DNA of 56,666 nt from a virus (taxonomy: Duplodnaviria; Caudoviricetes). Every line of letters begins with the position of its first letter. Positions within the stretch are counted from its first letter, which is position 1. The stretch is from IMG/VR virus record IMGVR_UViG_3300030098_004888, positions 1-56,666 of that record. One strand, written 5' to 3'. A model generated the notes under the pieces. That model made no database searches and was not told the DNA's origin. It saw only the letters and a program-made list of their open reading frames with translations. This document shows, piece after piece, positions 49,985 to 56,666 of the stretch. The position numbers were made by a program, and so were the translations under genes.

Positions 49985-50347
49985 ATGTATACACCCTTGG
50001 AAAGGGATTATCTTACACTGTATAGAAAGATAATAATATCCCTATCACATTTAAATGATATTAATCGCACACAGCTAGAATTTCTAATATTCCTATACAA
50101 TAAAGACTTTATTACTTGGAAAGAGGCATTTAAAGACTTCTACGCCTCTAATAAGTTCCTACATATACGAATACCTAGTTTAGAAAAGAAAGGGCTTCTA
50201 ACAAGCTATAAACCGTATTCTAAGCGGAAAGGGGAATCAAGAACATACTGTCTTACACAAAAGAGTAGACTGCTTGTAGCAAAAGTATACCGCATGATTG
50301 AGGGTAATGAGGACATACCTGATATTTATAAAAGGGGTGATATATGA
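49985..50347 (+). CDS. Winged-helix (MarR-like) DNA-binding protein
   Basis: LEFLIFLY...L..KG........Y.LT.K pattern. Confidence 0.6.
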   Translation: MYTPLERDYLTLYRKIIISLSHLNDINRTQLEFLIFLYNKDFITWKEAFKDFYASNKFLHIRIPSLEKKGLLTSYKPYSKRKGESRTYCLTQKSRLLVAKVYRMIEGNEDIPDIYKRGDI

Positions 50348-50560
50348 GTAGGAGTGGGGTTATGTATGTATTTATATTTTTTTTTGTGTTTACCTAAGTG
50401 TTTTTTTTCTTGGGGGTGGGTTTGGTTTATTCCGTTTTGCTTTTGTTGATTTTGGCAAAATCTATTTTTATTTTTTTGGGTTTCTAGTAACTATTAAAAC
50501 AACATTTTGAAAAATTCAAACTATTTTTTTTAGGGTTTTTAGTATTTTAGTTTTTGAAAC
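50348..50560. other. G/T-skewed non-coding tract at late-to-early boundary (possible genome end/packaging region)
   Basis: Long T runs, GGGGGTGGG, few C, no ORF. Confidence 0.4.
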
Positions 50561-50683
50561 CAAAGAAAAGGAACGAAGTAACACACGCCAAAAAATAAAC
50601 CTTTACAAATTAGCACAATTAAATTGTTGATAACTTTGTTAATAACTAGAGTAGATTTATTTTCTATTAACAACAAATTAACG

Positions 50684-50691
50684 TATATTTA
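50684..50691 (+). promoter_or_regulatory. Early promoter variant TATATTTA (CGTATATTTACAAT)
   Basis: Same 14-mer recurs at 51477-51490; DnaA-box-like 9-mers upstream. Confidence 0.6.
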
Positions 50692-50725
50692 CAATATTAT
50701 TAATATTAATTAAATTTATACAATT

Positions 50726-51229
50726 ATGAACACAAAAACACAAATTAAAAAAAGCAAAAAATTAGGGACAGTCCCTAAAAAACTTACTCCAAAAATGTCG
50801 CATTTTGTAAAAATGTTTGATGACATTTTAACGGGTAAAATGTCCAACGGCAAATTATCGGAGCAAGTAAGCGACATTATATTAAAAAATTCTAATGACG
50901 TTTTTTTGTTAGATGTTGCAAAGCATTTTTATCTAGATAGTGGTTATAATAGCCAAGCCGAAAAATTAAAAACTTTACGCAGAACAATAAACAGGGAATC
51001 AAAAAAATTATTTAACGATGATAAAATAAAAAATGCGATTTCGTTTAAATTGGTAAAGGGTGAAAATTTCAAAGAAAATAAAAACGATTTTTCCTTTAGC
51101 TATTCAAGTTTAGAAGTTAAAGAATCGGTTGTAAATCTTAATAAGTTAATCCAAAAAATTAGAGATAATAAATTAGATTTAACTGATGAGAATAAAAAAG
51201 AACTTTACGAATTGAGCAAAGGACTTTAA
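50726..51229 (+). CDS. First early gene, hypothetical
   Basis: 167 aa with own promoter and terminator; contains palindrome at 50762-50778. Confidence 0.75.
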   Translation: MNTKTQIKKSKKLGTVPKKLTPKMSHFVKMFDDILTGKMSNGKLSEQVSDIILKNSNDVFLLDVAKHFYLDSGYNSQAEKLKTLRRTINRESKKLFNDDKIKNAISFKLVKGENFKENKNDFSFSYSSLEVKESVVNLNKLIQKIRDNKLDLTDENKKELYELSKGL

Positions 51230-51248
51230 AAACTCAATCAAACATTTT

Positions 51249-51278
51249 AAAGGGGTGCAAATTGTACCCCTTTTTTTT
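51249..51278 (+). terminator. Intrinsic terminator
   Basis: GGGGTGCA/TGTACCCC stem plus T8. Confidence 0.85.
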
Positions 51279-51305
51279 GCCCTCGTCCTAGCCCAAAAAT
51301 TCAAA

Positions 51306-51441
51306 ATGATAGTGATATGATAGTGAACCAATGATAGTGAATATCCCTGCGTTCTAAAATTTTATCCCAATAATTTTGTTAGAAAATTCCCTGCATTTTA
51401 AAATTTTATCCCAATAATTTTGTTAATAACTTCCCTGCATT
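51306..51441. repeat. 3x ATGATAGTGA followed by a 44-bp tandem repeat (two units plus start of a third)
   Basis: 10-mers at 51306, 51317, 51331; TCCCTGC at 51344, 51388, 51432. Confidence 0.85.
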
Positions 51442-51531
51442 TCATTTGGGTTAATGTTAATTTGTTGTTAATTCTTCGTATATTTACAATATCATTAAAG
51501 CAAAAGCTATTTAATGATAGAAACAAAAAAA

Positions 51532-51549
51532 TTAGGGACTTGTCCCTAA
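51532..51549. promoter_or_regulatory. Palindrome TTAGGGAC-TT-GTCCCTAA
   Basis: Perfect arms, downstream of promoter 51479. Confidence 0.75.
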
Positions 51550-51577
51550 ACTATTAGAAACTAAAAACTAAAATAAA

Positions 51578-51838
51578 ATGTCTAAAATAGATTGGAGTAA
51601 ATTCAAAAATATTCAAGAGTTCTACGAATGGGAACGAGAGCAACAAAGAATTAAAAATAGTAAGCCAATAAATAGAGCTAAAAAAACTAGCGATGGTTGG
51701 TTTATTCCTGCGATGAATAGCAAAAGATATTCTTGTGAGATAAATAGACAATCATATAAAAAGATGACTACTCCAAGAATAAAAATGATGCAGAAAAAAG
51801 ATAGAATGCAAGAACGAAATATTAAAGTAAATTTCTAG
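51578..51838 (+). CDS. Small early protein
   Basis: 86 aa ORF. Confidence 0.65.
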   Translation: MSKIDWSKFKNIQEFYEWEREQQRIKNSKPINRAKKTSDGWFIPAMNSKRYSCEINRQSYKKMTTPRIKMMQKKDRMQERNIKVNF

Positions 51839-51883
51839 GGACTAATCCCTAAAATATATATTGTTTAACTTAAATTTAAAACT

Positions 51884-52039
51884 ATGAGCAGATTACAAAA
51901 AAGTTTATTTAACATCTTATGCCCAAGAGCAATACAACTATTTCAAATGTTGCATGAATTTGAATATATGAGATTATCTTCAAGTGGTAGAGAAACGCTT
52001 GACGAACTAGCAGAATTATTAACTAAACCAAATAGCTAA
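51884..52039 (+). CDS. Small early protein (51 aa, not in ORF track)
   Basis: AAAACT-ATG start. Confidence 0.7.
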   Translation: MSRLQKSLFNILCPRAIQLFQMLHEFEYMRLSSSGRETLDELAELLTKPNS

Positions 52040-52051
52040 AATTATATAACT

Positions 52052-52258
52052 ATGAAAAAATTACTTTTATTAAATATAGTATTTAATATACCTATGAGCA
52101 AACCTAAAAGAGTAACTAACTATGTATGGATAAAATACAAGAGTTATCAGAATTTCTTAAAAGGAAAAGCAATAGTATCAAAAAAAAGCATAGAGGATAT
52201 ATACTACAACAACTTTAAAGAAAATATGCCCAAAAACACATACTATAAAATTAACTAA
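52052..52258 (+). CDS. Small early protein
   Basis: 68 aa, AACT-ATG start. Confidence 0.65.
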   Translation: MKKLLLLNIVFNIPMSKPKRVTNYVWIKYKSYQNFLKGKAIVSKKSIEDIYYNNFKENMPKNTYYKIN

Positions 52259-52281
52259 TTATTAACTAAAACTAAAACAAA

Positions 52282-52902
52282 GTGGAAACAAAACAATTAA
52301 TTTATGAAATGCTAACTGAAAACACTGGTAAACACTTTTTAGATAGTGGTGGCGATGATAACAGATGGTGGCAGAGAAACCAAAAGAAAACACTACAAGA
52401 TTTTGAAGATGAAGAAGAAGAAACTATGCACAAAGATGGGGACTACTATTATAGAAATGTAAGTGTATTTCATTATTTAAGTCAGCTAGAATTAGATAAT
52501 ATATGTCGTGACTTCAACGAGCTAAACACAAATACAAAAGATTGGGAGGGTGAAGCTTATGGAGTATGTAAAACAGCTTGGAAATTCCTTAAAGTAGGTG
52601 GTAGAGGGTTTAGTTGTACCTCAGATTTCTTTGAGATTGAAGAAGGCAGAACATTTAACACGTACAACGGAGAAAGTGATTTAAGTCAAATACTACAAGG
52701 TACTTGGCTAACAATTAACGATGAAGAATATCTATTACTACAAATACACAATGGTTGTGATGCAAGAGGAGGATATACAGATGCAAAACTATTTAAAACA
52801 AGAGATGGATATGGTTTGATACACGAATACTTGCAAGAGTTTATGTATCAAGAAGAAATAGAAGAAGAATTAAAATATAGAGAAGAAACAATAACTAAAT
52901 AA
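52282..52902 (+). CDS. Conserved phage early protein
   Basis: ENTG.HFLDSGG, NTYN.E, QIH.G.D.RGGYT motifs. Confidence 0.8.
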   Translation: METKQLIYEMLTENTGKHFLDSGGDDNRWWQRNQKKTLQDFEDEEEETMHKDGDYYYRNVSVFHYLSQLELDNICRDFNELNTNTKDWEGEAYGVCKTAWKFLKVGGRGFSCTSDFFEIEEGRTFNTYNGESDLSQILQGTWLTINDEEYLLLQIHNGCDARGGYTDAKLFKTRDGYGLIHEYLQEFMYQEEIEEELKYREETITK

Positions 52903-52910
52903 TTAAAACT

Positions 52911-53138
52911 ATGAAGAAAATTTATCTACCATTACTCAAAGAACAAAAAGAACGTAAAGTTTTATTCTCATCTACTTTATCAAAGTATAAGTTTGAAACT
53001 GAAGAAGATAATAGGCACGAACTAGATGAGGAATTGTTCTTTAAAGATTGTGCAGAGTTCAGAAGAAGAAAAGAACTATTAAAAGATGACTCATTCTTTG
53101 ATGCATCTCACTTTAAATATAATATAATAAGGAGCTAA
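52911..53138 (+). CDS. Small early protein
   Basis: 75 aa, AAAACT-ATG. Confidence 0.75.
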   Translation: MKKIYLPLLKEQKERKVLFSSTLSKYKFETEEDNRHELDEELFFKDCAEFRRRKELLKDDSFFDASHFKYNIIRS

Positions 53139-53154
53139 TTAAAATTAAATCAAA

Positions 53155-53430
53155 ATGAAAGTAAATGAAAAGCAATTAGAAGTTATTAGGATATGTAGAA
53201 AATACATACCTAATTTTTATGTCAATAAGAAATTTGATATAATAGAATTAATTTTATCTAATCCCTCGTTCGTTGAAGATGCACTTGGCTTTACGCAGTT
53301 CGCACAAGAAAACAAAATGAGTGAAGAAGATATTGTACAAACTATTATACACGATATAGCAGGAATGATTAAAGATGATGAACATTTTTTACCAAGAGTA
53401 AATGGATATTCAAATCTAACTAAAGCATAG
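53155..53430 (+). CDS. Small early protein
   Basis: 91 aa ORF. Confidence 0.75.
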   Translation: MKVNEKQLEVIRICRKYIPNFYVNKKFDIIELILSNPSFVEDALGFTQFAQENKMSEEDIVQTIIHDIAGMIKDDEHFLPRVNGYSNLTKA

Positions 53431-53440
53431 CAAAAAAAAA

Positions 53441-53569
53441 ATGAGAGTAGAAGTAAAACCACAATTCATTTTAATAACTGACGTTATAAATGGATACCTA
53501 GTAAAAGAAAGATACATTGGCTACACTATTAATGAAGCCAAGAAAAGATTCAAGTATAAATACAAATAA
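53441..53569 (+). CDS. Small early protein (42 aa, not in ORF track)
   Basis: Hand-read MRVEVK...YIGYTINEAKKRF. Confidence 0.6.
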   Translation: MRVEVKPQFILITDVINGYLVKERYIGYTINEAKKRFKYKYK

Positions 53570-53711
53570 AGAGGTTAAAACCTTTACAAAGTAAGCGAAA
53601 TATAAGGGAGTTAATTATTTAAATAATTAAACACTTTGTAAGGGGGTTAATAGAGTGCCGAGAAAAAGACAACAAGGCAAATTGTCTACTGAATTTAACC
53701 ACCTCTTTTTT
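53568..53711 (+). ncRNA. Candidate structured RNA with possible pseudoknot
   Basis: Nested helices 53568-75/53701-08, 53581-92/53633-44, 53645-50/53695-700. Confidence 0.5.
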
Positions 53712-53716
53712 AAAAC

Positions 53717-53856
53717 AAAAAAAAGCATAATATGGGCTTGATACATTACGTTCCTTTCTGTGAGTTTGCTATTTCACTTCTTTGTGTAGCTGTTATGACG
53801 AACGAACGATTTTTTTTGAGGGGGGTTAAATAAACTATGTGTTATTTAATCCTAAC
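53717..53856 (-). ncRNA. Candidate antisense small RNA carrying CACAUAGUUUAUUUAA
   Basis: TACCTTTG at 53861-53868; G-U-containing stem plus U8 at 53717-53750. Confidence 0.5.
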
Positions 53857-53916
53857 AAGGCAAAGGTACACAAAATATTTTAATAAGTCAAGTGTTTAAC
53901 TAAAAAAACTAAAATT

Positions 53917-54114
53917 ATGGAAAATATTATTAAAGATTATGTTTTATACGATAGGGCAAACGATAGTTTGTTAAAATTTGATAATGGGGAGATAGTATTA
54001 TATGGGGATAAAAATGAGGCAATGGAAGATTGTTATGGTAACGAAGAAGTAATACAATTTGAAAATTTACCTAAAGACAAACAAAAAGAAATTATTAATC
54101 AATTAAATAAATAA
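53917..54114 (+). CDS. Small early protein
   Basis: 65 aa, AAAACTAAAATT-ATG. Confidence 0.75.
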   Translation: MENIIKDYVLYDRANDSLLKFDNGEIVLYGDKNEAMEDCYGNEEVIQFENLPKDKQKEIINQLNK

Positions 54115-54118
54115 AATT

Positions 54119-54382
54119 ATGGAAGTAAAAAACAAACAAGCAAGAGAAAACTTTATAAAATGGTATTTTAAAAGTTATTCAAAATCTATTATGGAAGATA
54201 TGATAGAAGAATTAGTTAATGAGGGAACAAGTAATTGGAGTTTTGAAGGACTATTAGAAATTGCACAAGATATACCAGATAATATAGCAAATGAATTAAA
54301 ATACTCTGATTATTTAGATGATGAAATGAGGGCAGATTTAGAGGCACAAGATTATGATGTGTTTGGAGAAAATAAAATATAA
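54119..54382 (+). CDS. Small acidic early protein
   Basis: 87 aa. Confidence 0.75.
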   Translation: MEVKNKQARENFIKWYFKSYSKSIMEDMIEELVNEGTSNWSFEGLLEIAQDIPDNIANELKYSDYLDDEMRADLEAQDYDVFGENKI

Positions 54383-54400
54383 ACTTAAATAAATAAAATT

Positions 54401-54865
54401 ATGGAAACAAAAACTTATGTATGGGAAACTTATTATGATGTGTATGCTTATATTCAAAATGAAATAGATTTTTTCAAAAGAGATAAACAAGAATTTCTTG
54501 TGAGTATATTAGGAGATGAAGAAAGAGAAACTGAAAGTGTAACAGATAAGGAAATAGAAGAACACTTTAACAATGACTATTATATAGGGGAATATCATTG
54601 GGAATATTTTATAGAGGATTTAGAGGAAGAGTTTAGACAACATATTGGTAAAACAATATATGTAGAGGGAAGAAATATAGGATGGAGAAATAGAAGTGGG
54701 CATAAAGAGTTTGAACTAAAGAGTGGAGAAGATATATTTAGAGAGATAGCCCCTGAATGTGATTTAACATATTACATAACAAAAGAAAAAGAGGGGGAGT
54801 ATGAAGTGAGAATAAGCCACCACGATAGCCCAATGGGAGAGTATTATAACATTAAAATTAAATAA
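54401..54865 (+). CDS. Early protein
   Basis: 154 aa; GWRNRSG and SHHD.P.GE motifs. Confidence 0.8.
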   Translation: METKTYVWETYYDVYAYIQNEIDFFKRDKQEFLVSILGDEERETESVTDKEIEEHFNNDYYIGEYHWEYFIEDLEEEFRQHIGKTIYVEGRNIGWRNRSGHKEFELKSGEDIFREIAPECDLTYYITKEKEGEYEVRISHHDSPMGEYYNIKIK

Positions 54866-54920
54866 AATGAAATTGTTGATAACTTTTTTGGGCTATTGAT
54901 AATTATATATGTAATATTAT

Positions 54921-54955
54921 TAACTTTGTATAAACAATTAGGGACTCGTCCCTAA
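54921..54955 (+). promoter_or_regulatory. Promoter TAACTTTG followed by palindrome TTAGGGAC-TC-GTCCCTAA (54938-54955)
   Basis: Consensus -7 element; palindrome 9 nt downstream. Confidence 0.75.
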
Positions 54956-54972
54956 AACTAAAAACTAAAACT

Positions 54973-55209
54973 ATGGAAGCAAATGAATTTAAAAGTGCAA
55001 TGGCTTTTGACAGATTAGAAACAAACGATTCTTATGATGTCTATTGGCTACATTCAGAAGATAATAATAGGATAGAACCAGATGACTTATATCATTGTGA
55101 GTATAACTTTGAAGATGCTTGTAAAGAGATAGTTCAGAATGGAGAACCTTATGTTAACTACCACTTTGATGATGAAACTATTGAAGAGTGGTTAGAGGAA
55201 GAAAACTAA
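54973..55209 (+). CDS. Small acidic early protein
   Basis: 78 aa, AAAACTAAAACT-ATG. Confidence 0.8.
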   Translation: MEANEFKSAMAFDRLETNDSYDVYWLHSEDNNRIEPDDLYHCEYNFEDACKEIVQNGEPYVNYHFDDETIEEWLEEEN

Positions 55210-55308
55210 CGATAGTCAGGTTGAGGTTAGGCTAAACCAACTTTGTAAAACTATACTATTTGGCGTGTATAGTTCCCTGCTTTTTATTAATTATTAAAAA
55301 CTAAAACT

Positions 55309-55458
55309 ATGAAAGAACTAAAATTAGATGAACAAGAATTAGATTATCTAACAATGGTGGTTGAACAAAATTTAGATGATGAACCAGAAGAATATGGAGA
55401 AAACCACAAACAAATGTTAGAGGACTTATATAGTAAACTAATAATCTTAAATAAATAA
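55309..55458 (+). CDS. Small early protein (49 aa, not in ORF track)
   Basis: AAAACTAAAACT-ATG. Confidence 0.75.
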   Translation: MKELKLDEQELDYLTMVVEQNLDDEPEEYGENHKQMLEDLYSKLIILNK

Positions 55459-55462
55459 AACT

Positions 55463-55594
55463 ATGGAAACAATCAAAGAGCTAAAAGAATTAGTATCTCT
55501 TTTTAAACACAGAAAACTATTTACCAACGATAGTATAATAATGGTTGGAGATTTAGAAAAATTAGAAGAATTAATAAATAAAATTAAAAACTAA
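55463..55594 (+). CDS. Small early protein (43 aa, not in ORF track)
   Basis: AAAACT-ATG. Confidence 0.7.
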   Translation: METIKELKELVSLFKHRKLFTNDSIIMVGDLEKLEELINKIKN

Positions 55595-55598
55595 AACT

Positions 55599-55760
55599 AT
55601 GGAAACAAAAAACAACAAACAAGAACATTCTTTATTTATAGAAGGAAGAATAGTAAAAGTAAAATGTACAAAAGAAGAATTAACAAAGTATATGCAAAAG
55701 ATAAAAGACAAATGTAAAGAATTAGAATCTTTACAAAGCTTTAAAGGAGAATTAATTTAA
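55599..55760 (+). CDS. Small early protein (53 aa, not in ORF track)
   Basis: AAAACTAAAACT-ATG. Confidence 0.7.
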   Translation: METKNNKQEHSLFIEGRIVKVKCTKEELTKYMQKIKDKCKELESLQSFKGELI

Positions 55761-55786
55761 CCTAATAATCTTAAATAAATAAAACT

Positions 55787-55975
55787 ATGGAAAAGAAAAT
55801 AACTTATGATGACACAAGAGATATAGCTATCAGATGTGTTGACAAACTAATAGAATTAGATATTTTATCCGAAGAAGAACACAACTTTGAATTACAAGAT
55901 TTAATACAAGATGAAATAAATAATGTATTAGGATTAGATATAGATGATAACTTTGAAATAACTATTAAAAAATAA
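55787..55975 (+). CDS. Small acidic early protein
   Basis: 62 aa, AAAACT-ATG. Confidence 0.75.
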   Translation: MEKKITYDDTRDIAIRCVDKLIELDILSEEEHNFELQDLIQDEINNVLGLDIDDNFEITIKK

Positions 55976-55979
55976 AACT

Positions 55980-56222
55980 ATGAGAATTAAAATAGAAGAT
56001 TACTTTGGTAATGAAATAATAGAATTAAATGTTAAAAAATTACATAACAACAAATATGAGGAAAACATTTTTCATAGAGAAGGGATTGATATAAAAGAAA
56101 CAGATGAATATAATATAGCAGATGTAGATGAGGATGAGAATGGTGAATATGTAAGAGTACAATTAACCACTCGTGGCTTTTCATCCCCTCTATCAACAGC
56201 AATATATAAACTAAATAAATAA
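55980..56222 (+). CDS. Small early protein
   Basis: 80 aa, AAAACT-ATG. Confidence 0.75.
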   Translation: MRIKIEDYFGNEIIELNVKKLHNNKYEENIFHREGIDIKETDEYNIADVDEDENGEYVRVQLTTRGFSSPLSTAIYKLNK

Positions 56223-56239
56223 ACTTAAAAAATAAAACT

Positions 56240-56443
56240 ATGGACTTAAAATCTTTATCAATGATTGCCCAAATGGGTAATGTAATGTTTGCTGACAACA
56301 GAAAAGACAGAACATCGTGGAAAGAACGCTTTGTATTTATGGCTAGTGGATTAGAAAAGCCACACGATTGGGACTTATTATCTTTAGAAGAAAAAGAAAG
56401 TAGGTTAAATAAAGCACTGGAACAAATAACTAAAACTAAATAA
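56240..56443 (+). CDS. Small early protein
   Basis: 67 aa; GL.KP.DW..LS.EEK..RL motif. Confidence 0.8.
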   Translation: MDLKSLSMIAQMGNVMFADNRKDRTSWKERFVFMASGLEKPHDWDLLSLEEKESRLNKALEQITKTK

Positions 56444-56445
56444 CT

Positions 56446-56595
56446 ATGGAAAGAAAAGAATTAATAGACAAAATTTTAAGTTTAGCAGGAGATGAATTTG
56501 AAACTAAAGAAGATTATATAAAATTAGCAAAAGAAACAACTGATGAGTTAGTTAAAAGATTAATTTACATTAACCAACAATTATTAAACAACTAA
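56446..56595 (+). CDS. Small early protein MERKELID...LLNN (cassette allele B; not in ORF track)
   Basis: 49 aa, TAAATAACT-ATG start. Confidence 0.75.
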   Translation: MERKELIDKILSLAGDEFETKEDYIKLAKETTDELVKRLIYINQQLLNN

Positions 56596-56666
56596 AACTA
56601 TGAAAGAAAAAACATTATCAGAACTTCAAAAACTAAAAGATAGGTTAGCTTGGTATGATTTATTTG
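56590..56666 (+). repeat. Exact copy of 530-606 (start of ORF 540-707)
   Basis: 77 bp identity reaching the contig end. Confidence 0.95.

Noticed and set aside
50597-50609. AAACCTTTACAAA shared with 53578-53590
   Set aside because: A single 13-bp AT-rich match; chance cannot be excluded.
51344-51441. 44-bp periodic repeat as a mini-CRISPR array
   Set aside because: Whole units repeat with no unique spacers, and no cas genes are present; it is a tandem repeat.
1-56666. Integrase/integron, reverse transcriptase/DGR, tRNA genes or stop-codon recoding
   Set aside because: No recombinase or RT motifs and no tRNA cloverleaf recognised by eye; long genes are intact in the standard code, with TAA, TAG and TGA all used as stops.

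Overview
The window is an essentially complete, circularly assembled ~56 kb AT-rich lytic phage genome of a Bacteroidota (probably Flavobacteriia) host. Evidence for the host: TAnnTTTG promoters throughout, A-rich leaders without Shine-Dalgarno sequences, and a protein with a T9SS-like tail. Layout: (i) a + strand early region of ~35 tiny genes (50.7-56.7 kb, wrapping to 1-2.5 kb); (ii) recombination/replication genes (SSAP, RecE-like exonuclease, DnaA-domain-IV-like protein, SSB, DnaB, nucleases; 2.6-8.6 kb); (iii) a - strand crAss-like virion module (TerL, portal, scaffold, MCP, ring proteins, muzzle, three ejection proteins, lysis membrane proteins; 8.6-38 kb); (iv) a + strand late block (fibre, DUF5675 endolysin, envelope proteins, many small basic proteins). 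Most notable signal: a ~70-nt promoter-to-terminator small RNA on the - strand (~9557-9627). Its unpaired centre (CAUAGUUUUAGUUUU) is the exact antisense of the AAAACTAAAACTATG start motif shared by early genes. A second candidate antisense RNA lies at ~53.7-53.9 kb. The contig ends also show two alternative gene cassettes swapped at these same A-rich junctions. All functional calls come from motif recognition by eye; no searches were run.
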